Assembly (NCBI GenBank): GCA_944325315.1
Contig: CALVAA010000008.1
Location: 22,874 to 86,873, forward strand
DNA: 64,000 nt
Direction: 5' to 3'
From: Candidatus Gastranaerophilales bacterium
Lineage (GTDB): Bacteria > Cyanobacteriota > Vampirovibrionia > Gastranaerophilales > Gastranaerophilaceae
The notes below the pieces were generated by a model that was not told the DNA's origin, ran no database searches, and worked only from the letters and a program-made list of their open reading frames with translations. The translations under genes were made by a program, and so were the position numbers. This document shows positions 45,145 to 54,023 of this stretch, one piece after another; position 1 is the first letter of the stretch; each line of letters opens with the position of its first letter.

Positions 45145-46155
45145 ATGAAATCAAACATGCAGGATAAAAACTTAAACAATGATTTTTTATATGATGATTT
45201 AGACGAACAAACCCTTCTGCAAATAGACAATGATATTGCAGCTTCAAGCGAAGAAAAAGATGATGAAGACCAAAAAAACCACGAAGACTATAAATCTATT
45301 GTTGCAGATGATTCCGTTAAAATATACCTTCAGCAAATAGGAAAAATTCCTCTTTTAAGCTTTGAAGACGAGCTTGAAATTGCAAGACAAATAAAGGAAA
45401 ACCATTCACAAAAAGCAAGAGAAATTTTAATAAATGCAAATTTAAGACTGGTTGTTTCAATTGCAAAAAAATATATAGGAAGAGGTTTATCTTTTCTTGA
45501 TTTGATACAGGAAGGAAACTTAGGTTTAATGAAAGCTGCCGAAAAATTTGATTATTCAAAAGGCTACAAATTTTCAACTTACGCTACCTGGTGGATTCAA
45601 CAGGCGATAACAAGAGGAATTGCTGATAAATCAAGAATGATAAGACTTCCTGTGCATATGATTGAAACTCTAAGCAGGATTAAACGTGCAACAATTGAAT
45701 TATCAAGTGAATTAAACAGAATCCCGACAAAAGAAGAAATTGCAAAAAGAGTAGATATGCCGGTATCTAAGCTTGTCAGTTTAATGAAAAGTTCGCAGAG
45801 CACAATTTCTATTGAAACTCCTGCCAATCAAAAAGACGATACTTCAAAAATTGCGGATTTCATTGTCGACGATACTCATCTTACTCCTGATACAAAAGTG
45901 ACACAGGAAAATTTGCTTGAAGATGTAAGAAAAATGCTTAACCAATTGAATCCAAAGGAAAAAGATGTTTTAATCATGCGCTATGGGCTTGATAATAACG
46001 GTCAAAAGAAAACCTTAGACGAAATAGGCTCACGCTATGGTGTTTCAAGAGAACGCATTAGACAAATTGAAACACGAGCCATAGCCAAACTAAAAAAACT
46101 ATGCAGAAACAAAAATCTCTCCGTTAATCTTAAAAACTACATAGGACTTGACTAA
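45145..46155 (+). CDS. rpoD: RNA polymerase sigma factor, primary-like (RpoD/SigA group)
   Basis: Region 1.2 is YLQQIGKIPLLSFEDE. Region 2 is DLIQEGNLGLMKAAEKFDYSKGYKFSTYATWWIQQAITR. Region 3 is also present, and region 4.2 is TLDEIGSRYGVSRERIRQIETRAIAKL. Confidence 0.92.
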   Translation: MKSNMQDKNLNNDFLYDDLDEQTLLQIDNDIAASSEEKDDEDQKNHEDYKSIVADDSVKIYLQQIGKIPLLSFEDELEIARQIKENHSQKAREILINANLRLVVSIAKKYIGRGLSFLDLIQEGNLGLMKAAEKFDYSKGYKFSTYATWWIQQAITRGIADKSRMIRLPVHMIETLSRIKRATIELSSELNRIPTKEEIAKRVDMPVSKLVSLMKSSQSTISIETPANQKDDTSKIADFIVDDTHLTPDTKVTQENLLEDVRKMLNQLNPKEKDVLIMRYGLDNNGQKKTLDEIGSRYGVSRERIRQIETRAIAKLKKLCRNKNLSVNLKNYIGLD

Positions 46156-46818
46156 CTATAAAGTGAATTGGTAGTTTAGAGTTTTATAGTTAACTTGAAT
46201 GGGATATTTATCCAAGTCTTCAAAGAAAAAGTAAAAATATTGGCTTCTTCTTGGGGAAACAACAGCAGAATGCTTAATTGAATGTTTCAAAATCCGGCTT
46301 CCGATTTGCTCCAATCTTGAAAAAGCTGACTGATTGGACTGTTCTGAAGCATTTTGTATCATTGTCTGATTTACTTCGTTATAGTTGGCATTCATACCCG
46401 TCATGTTGGTAAGCGTAGCGCCCATAGAGCTCATTGCTGCCATAGATGAAGCTTCTTGATTCTGATATATATTTAAATAATTATTTGAAGTAATAAATTG
46501 AAGCTCTTTATCGGGGTTATATATTCTTAAATCTTCAACTTTAAAGGTATAAGGCGTTTCATAGGAAAGGTTTTCAACCTGAACATACAAAGCCAAAATT
46601 TCAGGGATAGGTGTTTTTGAAATACCGATTTTAAAGTTTGCATTATCCAAAGTTTTCTTATAAACACTAAAAACAAAGTCTTCATTTGTTTTAACAGTCT
46701 GAATATTATTTTCGCTATAATCATCGCCGACATAAGAGAGTGTAGCACAGCCGCACATTAAAACAGACAACAATAATATTAAACATAAATTAAAAAACTG
46801 CTTCAATTTCTTCATCAA
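46156..46818 (-). CDS. probable lipoprotein, unknown function
   Basis: The signal peptide MMKKLKQFFNLCLILLLSVLMCGC ends in a Cys-containing lipobox-like motif. Confidence 0.55.
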   Translation of the reverse strand: MMKKLKQFFNLCLILLLSVLMCGCATLSYVGDDYSENNIQTVKTNEDFVFSVYKKTLDNANFKIGISKTPIPEILALYVQVENLSYETPYTFKVEDLRIYNPDKELQFITSNNYLNIYQNQEASSMAAMSSMGATLTNMTGMNANYNEVNQTMIQNASEQSNQSAFSRLEQIGSRILKHSIKHSAVVSPRRSQYFYFFFEDLDKYPIQVNYKTLNYQFTL

Positions 46819-46933
46819 TTAAATTATATTTGCACTTTTAAAGCTAGTCAAGAAAAATTTGGAACAAATTCACCTTAACAAACGTCTTTTAAATAAAATT
46901 TTATGTTAAAATAGCATTTATGAGGATTTATCT

Positions 46934-47878
46934 ATGAAAAACAATATCTACGATTGTTTAATTTTAGGCGCAGGCCCGGCCGGACTTTCAGCAGCACTTT
47001 ACTGCGCCAGAAGCAATCTTAAAGTTGCTCTTATCGACTCATTTGCAATAGGAGGAGCACCCGGTAACTATTGCGAAATTGAAAATTATTTAGGCTTTAA
47101 AAAAATTCAAGGATTTGAACTTTGCGAAAAGTTTGAAGAACATATAGATGAATTTAATGTTGAAAAATTTCCTTATGAAGAAATTAAGGAAGTAGATTTG
47201 ACTTCGGATATTAAAAAAATTAAAACTCAGGAAAGGGAATTTTCAGCTAAAACCGTAATAATCGCAACCGGGGCAAAACCTAAAAAACTGGGTATTAAAG
47301 GCGAAACTGAAAACATAGGAAAAGGTGTCAGCTACTGCGCTGTTTGTGACGGCGCTTTTTATCAGGATAAAATTGTAACTGTAATAGGCGGTGGAAATTC
47401 AGCGTTAGAAGAAGCACTTTATCTGACAAAATTTGCAAAAAAAGTATATTTAATTCATAGAAGAAACGACTTTAGAGCTGATGAAATTGTAAAAGAAAGG
47501 GTCAAAAAAAATAAAAAAATAACTTTAATTTTAGACACCATTCCTATTGAAATTATTGCCAACAACAAAGTAGAAGAAATTGTCATAAAAAACATTAAAA
47601 CCGAAGAAGAAAAGAAATTAAAAACTGACGGAGTTTTCCCGTATATAGGCATAGAACCCAACAGTGATTTGTTTTTCAAACAGATAAAAACCGATGAATC
47701 CGGTTTTATTTTGACCGATGAAACTATGCAAACAAATCTAAAGGGGGTTTATGCCATAGGAGATGTCAGAAAAACTCCACTAAGACAAGTAATTACCGCA
47801 GTCTCCGATGGAGCTGTTGCCGGGGTCAGTTCAGGAAAGTATATAATGAAACTAAAAGAGGAAACAACGAAGGTATAA
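46934..47878 (+). CDS. trxB: thioredoxin-disulfide reductase
   Basis: Contains GAGPAGLSAALYCAR, the redox-active CAVCDG, and GGGNSALEEALYL. Confidence 0.92.
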   Translation: MKNNIYDCLILGAGPAGLSAALYCARSNLKVALIDSFAIGGAPGNYCEIENYLGFKKIQGFELCEKFEEHIDEFNVEKFPYEEIKEVDLTSDIKKIKTQEREFSAKTVIIATGAKPKKLGIKGETENIGKGVSYCAVCDGAFYQDKIVTVIGGGNSALEEALYLTKFAKKVYLIHRRNDFRADEIVKERVKKNKKITLILDTIPIEIIANNKVEEIVIKNIKTEEEKKLKTDGVFPYIGIEPNSDLFFKQIKTDESGFILTDETMQTNLKGVYAIGDVRKTPLRQVITAVSDGAVAGVSSGKYIMKLKEETTKV

Positions 47879-47879
47879 A

Positions 47880-48848
47880 ATGAAAGCACTAACATATACA
47901 GATTGTCTTAAACTTGAAAAAGATTATCCGAAACCAAAAATTTCGGATAATGAAGTTCTAATTAAAACACTGATGGTTGGAATTTGTAATACAGACTATG
48001 AAATTACCCAAGGTTATATGGGCTATAAAGGTGTTTTAGGGCATGAGTTTGTAGGCATTGTTGAAGAAGCCGGGAGAAATGTTTCAAAAAATTTGATAGG
48101 AAAAAGAGTGGTAGGAGAAATCAATTGCGCCTGCAATAATTGTTCATATTGCGCCAAAAGTCTTCAAAGACACTGTCCGAACCGCTCAACCTTGGGAATA
48201 TTTAAAAAAGACGGTTGTTTTAGCGAATACTTTACCCTTCCAAAGGAAAATGTTATTGAAATATCCAAAAATATTGATGATATAACAGCAGTCTTTACCG
48301 AACCTTTGGCAGCAGCTTATGAAATAATTGAACAAATTCATATAAAACCTGATTCAAAAGTTGCAATTGTAGGGGACGGCAAACTGGGTCTTTGTATTTC
48401 TCTTGTATTTTCAGCCTTAAATATAGATTTTACCCACATCGGAAAACATTCTCAAAAGCTTGAAATATCAAAAAACTTAGGAGCAAAAATTAAACTTTTG
48501 GAAGAGTTAAACGAAAAAGATAAAAAAGCTTATGATGTTGTAGTTGAAGCAACCGGCTCAACCGGTGGTTTTGAACTAAGTGCAGCCTTAGTTAAACCCA
48601 GAGGTAATTTGGTTTTAAAAAGCACAATAGCAGCAAAGGAAGGGTTAAATTTGGCAAGTATAGTTGTAGATGAAATTACAATCACAGGTTCCCGATGCGG
48701 CCAATTCAAGCCGATTTTAAGACTTCTTGAAAATAAAAAAATCAACGTAAAACCTCTTGTATCAGGAATTTATACAATAGACGACTATAAAAGTGCTTTT
48801 GAAAAAAATGCTTCAAAAGAAAGCCTAAAAGTATTGATAAAATTCTAA
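47880..48848 (+). CDS. zinc-dependent alcohol dehydrogenase family oxidoreductase
   Basis: Contains GICNTDYE, GHEFVGIVEEAG, the structural-Zn cysteines CACNNCSYCAKSLQRHC, and GDGKLGL. The substrate is unknown. Confidence 0.8.
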   Translation: MKALTYTDCLKLEKDYPKPKISDNEVLIKTLMVGICNTDYEITQGYMGYKGVLGHEFVGIVEEAGRNVSKNLIGKRVVGEINCACNNCSYCAKSLQRHCPNRSTLGIFKKDGCFSEYFTLPKENVIEISKNIDDITAVFTEPLAAAYEIIEQIHIKPDSKVAIVGDGKLGLCISLVFSALNIDFTHIGKHSQKLEISKNLGAKIKLLEELNEKDKKAYDVVVEATGSTGGFELSAALVKPRGNLVLKSTIAAKEGLNLASIVVDEITITGSRCGQFKPILRLLENKKINVKPLVSGIYTIDDYKSAFEKNASKESLKVLIKF

Positions 48849-48951
48849 ATACCCATGTTCATAAATCTTAACAACGTTGAAAATCCGATACAATAATATA
48901 TTATATTATTGGGAGTATTTTATTGGATATAATTAGTATTGGAATAATCTT

Positions 48952-50721
48952 GTGAACGAACATTTTAAATTATTAATTGAAGATATAAAAAAACTTTGGC
49001 TAAAACTTGATATAAACCAAAAATTCTCAATTGCCGCACTTTTAGTCGCCCTTTTTGTTGTAGGTGTATTTTTTATCGCCAAAGCAACAGAACCTAATTG
49101 GGCAGTTTTATATTCCGATTTAACAAAAGAAGATGTGGCAGCTATAACCGAAAGCCTCAAAAAAAGCGGCTATGCTTATAAATTATCCGAAGACAAAACA
49201 ACAATTCTGGTAAGAAATCAAGACAAAGAAGATTTAAGAATGTTTGTTGCCGAAAATGATCTTATAAAAGACACCTCCGGAGGTTTTGAACTTTTAGACG
49301 ATTTACAATTAGGTTCTACTGATTTTAAAAACAAACTGACAAAACAAAGGATATTTCAAGGCGAATTAACCCGCTCGATTGAAAAAATCCATGGAGTTAA
49401 AAAAGCAAGAGTACAGCTTGCCGAACCCGAGCGCTCAATTTTTTCAGACGAAGATGAAGAACCCTCGGCAAGTGTTGTTTTAATACTTGAACCCGGAATT
49501 AAATTAAAAGCAAGTCAAATCCTTGCAATAAAAAATCTTGTTGCATATTCTGTACCAAGGCTAACAAACGACAGAGTGTTTTTAACCGACCAATTTGGAA
49601 ATGTATTATCAGAAGATGTTTCAAAAAATTCATCCGATATGCAAAGCTACAGGACTGCTTTTGAAAAAGAAGCAGCCAGAAAAATAAAAGATACTCTTGA
49701 AACTATAATGGGTAAAGACAATGTTTCGGTACAAGTTTCAACAGTGATGGATTTTAACCAGACAAGAGCAACAATTGAAAGTTACACCCCAAACAAAAAT
49801 TCAGATTCCGGCATTGTTGTATCACGTCAAGGTGAAAAAGAAATCTATTCAAACCCGCAAATGCTTCCAAGCAATAAAGCTCAAGCTCAAAACCAAGCAG
49901 CAGAGACAACCGAAGCCCAACAAAGAGCGCAAGAGCAAATTGATGATTTAAACCGGCAAATAAATCAGGATAATCAACAAAATACCGCAGAACAAAACAC
50001 CGCACAAAATACTATACAAAATGCAGCGGAACTTCCTTTAAATCAAACGCCTGCAAAAACGACAAACTACACGGATAGTGAAAATGCTAAAGCGGATGAT
50101 GTTAGAAAATTAAGTTATGAAAAAGAAAAATCCGCTACGACGTATGCCGTAACTAAAGAAATTAAACAAATAGTGTATGCTCCCGGAGCAGTTACAAGAA
50201 TGAGCGTCGCTGTTGCAGTTAATAAAGTTTTAACGGAAGCCGAAAAAGAAGAAATAAAAAATCTTGTTATTGCAGCCTGCGGAATGGATACTCTGAGGGG
50301 AGATGTTGTAAGTGTATCCAGCCTCAAATTTACAGGCATAGATAACAGTGAAGAATTAAAACAAAGTCAGAAAGAAAAACAGGAATTCATTCTTGAAATT
50401 TTAACTTTTATCTTTAAAAATGTTTCTCCCGTGTTTATAATTTTAATATTAGGTTTGGTTGCTCTTCACAATTTTGGCAACATATTTAAATCTCCCGAGC
50501 CTGAAATTGAAGAAGAAGAAATTGAAGAAGAAGCAACACCACTGCCTTCTTTCGACCCTTATCTTGCACTTCAAAGCAACAAAACAAATGATGAAGACTT
50601 TTATCAGCAAGATATACAGTACACTTCAGCCGTCGACAAAAAGAAAAGTGAAATTATTAACTCAATTCTTGGAAATCCGGAAGAAGCTGCAAGAATATTA
50701 ACTTCATACATTAAAGAATAA
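48952..50721 (+). CDS. fliF: flagellar M-ring protein FliF
   Basis: An N-terminal TM helix is followed by LYSDLTKEDVAAITESLKKSGYAYKL and ELTRSIEKIHGVKKARVQLAEPE, then a C-terminal TM helix. The start is a GTG, and fliG follows. Confidence 0.88.
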   Translation: MNEHFKLLIEDIKKLWLKLDINQKFSIAALLVALFVVGVFFIAKATEPNWAVLYSDLTKEDVAAITESLKKSGYAYKLSEDKTTILVRNQDKEDLRMFVAENDLIKDTSGGFELLDDLQLGSTDFKNKLTKQRIFQGELTRSIEKIHGVKKARVQLAEPERSIFSDEDEEPSASVVLILEPGIKLKASQILAIKNLVAYSVPRLTNDRVFLTDQFGNVLSEDVSKNSSDMQSYRTAFEKEAARKIKDTLETIMGKDNVSVQVSTVMDFNQTRATIESYTPNKNSDSGIVVSRQGEKEIYSNPQMLPSNKAQAQNQAAETTEAQQRAQEQIDDLNRQINQDNQQNTAEQNTAQNTIQNAAELPLNQTPAKTTNYTDSENAKADDVRKLSYEKEKSATTYAVTKEIKQIVYAPGAVTRMSVAVAVNKVLTEAEKEEIKNLVIAACGMDTLRGDVVSVSSLKFTGIDNSEELKQSQKEKQEFILEILTFIFKNVSPVFIILILGLVALHNFGNIFKSPEPEIEEEEIEEEATPLPSFDPYLALQSNKTNDEDFYQQDIQYTSAVDKKKSEIINSILGNPEEAARILTSYIKE

Positions 50722-50733
50722 GAAAGACTATAA

Positions 50734-51756
50734 ATGGCTAATATACGCATAGAACAAATGACACCCACACAAAAAGTTGCAGCACTGCTAATTACACTTG
50801 GTCCGACTGCGGCTTCGGAAATTATGAAAAACATTGAAGATGATAATGCGCTCGAACAAATAACAATTGAAATCGCAGGATTGTCCAAACTGCCGCAGGA
50901 AGTTATTGAAGCAATAGTAGATGAATTCCACACCGTTTTTCAGGCATCATCAATGCTTGCAGCGGGCGGTATGGCTTACGCCAGAGAACTATTGGAAAAA
51001 GCATACGGGGCAAGCGAAGCAAACGACATTTTAAACCGTTTGGTCACAATATTAAATTCAAATCCCTTTCAATTTTTTAATGAAGCAGACCCTGTACAGC
51101 TTGCAACTTCTTTTCAAAACGAAAACCCGCAATTAATTGCACTTATTCTTGCATACTTAAAACCGGAGCAGTCTGCTAAAGTATTGAATTGTCTTGCTCC
51201 GAATATTCAACATAAAGTCGCACTTAAAATAGCACAAATGGAAACCACCAACCCTGAAGTAATATCGGAAGTTGAAAAAATTGTTGAATCAAGATTTTCA
51301 AATGTTGTAGCAACAGATTTTTCAAAAGCGGGAGGCACAAAAACTCTTGCAAGCATTCTCAACAGTACTGACAGAGCAACAGAGAAAAATGTTATTGAAA
51401 TGATGGAAGTTGAAACACCGGAGCTCGCCGAAGATGTAAGAAGTTTAATGTTTGTATTTGAAGATATTATTCATCTTGACGATTCTTCAATTCAAAGAGT
51501 TTTAAGAGAAGTAGATTCAAGAGATTTAGCTACAAGTTTAAAAGGCGCTAAAGAAGAAGTTAAACAAAAAATTCTAAAAAATATGTCAGAACGTGCCCAA
51601 AGTGTGCTTTTGGAAGATATTGAATATATGGGGCCCGTTAGAACAAAAGAAGTCCAAAAAGCTCAATCTAAAATTGTGGGCGTGATAAAAGCGCTCGAAT
51701 CCGTTGGAGAAGTTACCATCTATCGTGGCGGTCAAGAGGACGAATTAATTGAGTAA
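50734..51756 (+). CDS. fliG: flagellar motor switch protein FliG
   Basis: Contains QKVAALLITLGPTAASEIMKNI, the MFVFEDI motif and a torque-helix region. The 340-aa length is typical. Confidence 0.92.
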   Translation: MANIRIEQMTPTQKVAALLITLGPTAASEIMKNIEDDNALEQITIEIAGLSKLPQEVIEAIVDEFHTVFQASSMLAAGGMAYARELLEKAYGASEANDILNRLVTILNSNPFQFFNEADPVQLATSFQNENPQLIALILAYLKPEQSAKVLNCLAPNIQHKVALKIAQMETTNPEVISEVEKIVESRFSNVVATDFSKAGGTKTLASILNSTDRATEKNVIEMMEVETPELAEDVRSLMFVFEDIIHLDDSSIQRVLREVDSRDLATSLKGAKEEVKQKILKNMSERAQSVLLEDIEYMGPVRTKEVQKAQSKIVGVIKALESVGEVTIYRGGQEDELIE

Positions 51757-52729
51757 AATTAAATTAAACCATATTAATTTTAAAGAAGACGATTTTGTTG
51801 TTGAAGTAAAACAGGAAAAAGAGAAAAAAGAAAAAAAGAAAAAAGAGCTTCAACAATCAATTGAAGCGCAAAAAGAAAACGAAAAAAAACAGCAAGAAGA
51901 ACTTCAAAAAATATTTGAAGAAAAAAAAACAGAAGCACAACTTATTCTAAACAGAGCAAAACAAGAAGCGGAAGACATGGTCTTAAATGCGCAAAAAGAA
52001 GCAGAGGAAATAAACAATAAAACTCTCGGCGAACTAAGTGAAAAAAAAGAAGAAATACTAAAAAAAGCAAACGAACAAGCAGAACAAATTATAAAAGAAG
52101 CAAAAGAAAATTCTATAAAAGAATCAGAAGAACTGATTCAAAATTCTAAAGATGAAATCGAAAAAGAAAGAATTGCTTCAACAAAAAAAGGTTACGAAGA
52201 AGGTTATCAAGACGGTTTGGAAAAAATTCAAGAAGAGCTTGAAGAAAAAATTGAAACATTTAATACTTTTATAAAAACCCGATTCGAGCTTAAAGAAAAA
52301 ATTCTAAAATCTGCCTCTAAAGATATACTTGGAATTATTGTGAATATCTCAAAAAAAATTTTAGAAAAAGAAGCAGATTCACAAGCTATTGAAAAAATTA
52401 TAAAAAAAACAATCGGCTTGCTTGAAAAAAAAGAAAATGCCACAATAATCTTAAGTGAAAAATACGCTAAAATATTATTTAAAGTTCAAAACAAGAGTTT
52501 AGACAATGAAATAGAAACGGATTTTCAAAAATTCAGACAGTATGACGGTTTTGATATAATCTACAACCCAAAATTTGACGATGATACAATCATAGTTGAA
52601 AATATAAAAGAAAGACTTGATGCATCTGTTTTATCCCAATTAGATATTATTGTAAGAGATATTTACAACAATTCAAAAGATGGCGAAATAAATCTTGATG
52701 AATATATAAAAGAAAATGAAACTGAATGA
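51749..52729 (+). CDS. fliH: flagellar assembly protein FliH (Glu/Lys-rich)
   Basis: The gene lies between fliG and fliI. It has an E/K-rich coiled-coil N-terminus and a GYEEGYQDG motif, and it overlaps both neighbours. The start is a TTG. Confidence 0.7.
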   Translation: MSKIKLNHINFKEDDFVVEVKQEKEKKEKKKKELQQSIEAQKENEKKQQEELQKIFEEKKTEAQLILNRAKQEAEDMVLNAQKEAEEINNKTLGELSEKKEEILKKANEQAEQIIKEAKENSIKESEELIQNSKDEIEKERIASTKKGYEEGYQDGLEKIQEELEEKIETFNTFIKTRFELKEKILKSASKDILGIIVNISKKILEKEADSQAIEKIIKKTIGLLEKKENATIILSEKYAKILFKVQNKSLDNEIETDFQKFRQYDGFDIIYNPKFDDDTIIVENIKERLDASVLSQLDIIVRDIYNNSKDGEINLDEYIKENETE

Positions 52730-54023
52730 ATTAAATGACATTATAAATAATTCAAAAACAATAAAAGGCATAGGAAGAATCATCGAAATCATAGGTTTAA
52801 CGCTTGTTGCAGATGGCCCATTGTCTTCCATTGGGGATTTGTGTCATATTGTTCTTGAAAATTCCAAAAAAATTATTAATGCAGAAGTTGTAGGTTTCAA
52901 AAAAGACCGGGTGCTTTTAATGCCTTTAGGTTCAATCGAAGGGTTATGCGCAGGAGATAAAGTAATTAATACCGGAGAACAAATGAAAGTAAAAGTGTCT
53001 CCTTCACTTTTAGGAAGGGTTTTGGATGGTCTTGGAAACCCTATAGACCAAGGAGGAGAAATTCAAGCACCTGATTATTATCCGGTTATTGCCCCCATAA
53101 TCAATCCCATGGACAGAAAACCGATTGATGAAATTTTGTCCCTGGGTTTAAGGTCAATCGATGGTTTAAACACCATAGGAAAAGGCCAAAGAATTGGAAT
53201 TTTTGCAGGTTCAGGCGTTGGAAAATCCACAACTCTTGCAATGATTGCAAAAAATACATCAGCAGATATTAATGTAATTGCCTTAATTGGAGAACGCGGA
53301 AGAGAAGTAAGGGAATTCATTGAAAACACAATGGGAGCTGAAGGAATGAAACGTTCTATTGTTGTTTGTGCAACATCCGAACAGCCGGCATTAGTTAAAA
53401 TTAAAGCTTCTTTTGTAGCTTGCGCTATTGCTGAATATTTTAGAGACCAAGGAAAAGACGTTCTTTTTATGCTTGATAGTGTTACTCGTATAGCACTTGC
53501 TCAAAGAGAAGTGGGGCTTGCAACAGGAGAACCGCCGGCTACAAGAGGATATACTCCAAGCGTTTTTGCGCTTTTGCCAAAATTCCTGGAACGTGCGGGA
53601 GCGAGTAAAAATGGTACTATAACAGGCCTATACACTGTTCTTGTTGAAGGAGACGATATGAATGAACCGATTGCAGATACTGCAAGAAGCATTCTGGATG
53701 GACACATAGTATTATCACGTACTTTGGCACACAAAAATCATTATCCTGCTGTTGATATACTTGCAAGTATTTCTCGTGTTATGAACAATATCGTAGATGA
53801 TGAGCATAAACAGGCGGCAGCCAAAATAAGAAATTTGCTTGCAAGCTATATGAAAAATGAAGATTTAATAAACATAGGTGCTTATGTAAGAGGTTCGGAT
53901 GTTACAGTAGACAAGGCAATTTCCATGATAGATAAAATAAACGCTTATCTCAAACAGACAAGCGATGATAAATCCACATACAATCAAAGCAAAGAAGCTC
54001 TTATTGAATTAGCCAAATTGTAA
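52716..54023 (+). CDS. fliI: flagellum-specific ATPase FliI
   Basis: Contains Walker A (GSGVGKST), Walker B (VLFMLDSVTR), and SILDGHIVLSR...HYPAVD. Confidence 0.93.
   Translation: MKLNELNDIINNSKTIKGIGRIIEIIGLTLVADGPLSSIGDLCHIVLENSKKIINAEVVGFKKDRVLLMPLGSIEGLCAGDKVINTGEQMKVKVSPSLLGRVLDGLGNPIDQGGEIQAPDYYPVIAPIINPMDRKPIDEILSLGLRSIDGLNTIGKGQRIGIFAGSGVGKSTTLAMIAKNTSADINVIALIGERGREVREFIENTMGAEGMKRSIVVCATSEQPALVKIKASFVACAIAEYFRDQGKDVLFMLDSVTRIALAQREVGLATGEPPATRGYTPSVFALLPKFLERAGASKNGTITGLYTVLVEGDDMNEPIADTARSILDGHIVLSRTLAHKNHYPAVDILASISRVMNNIVDDEHKQAAAKIRNLLASYMKNEDLINIGAYVRGSDVTVDKAISMIDKINAYLKQTSDDKSTYNQSKEALIELAKL

Noticed and set aside
48867-48890. Sigma-28 (FliA)-like promoter CTTAA-N13-CCGATA upstream of fliF
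   Set aside because: The spacer is about 2 nt shorter than the TAAA-N15-GCCGATAA consensus, and the -35 match is weak. An equally good sigma-70 arrangement overlaps it (TTGAAA 48877-48882, 16 nt, TATTAT 48899-48904). fliF is usually an early, non-sigma-28 gene.
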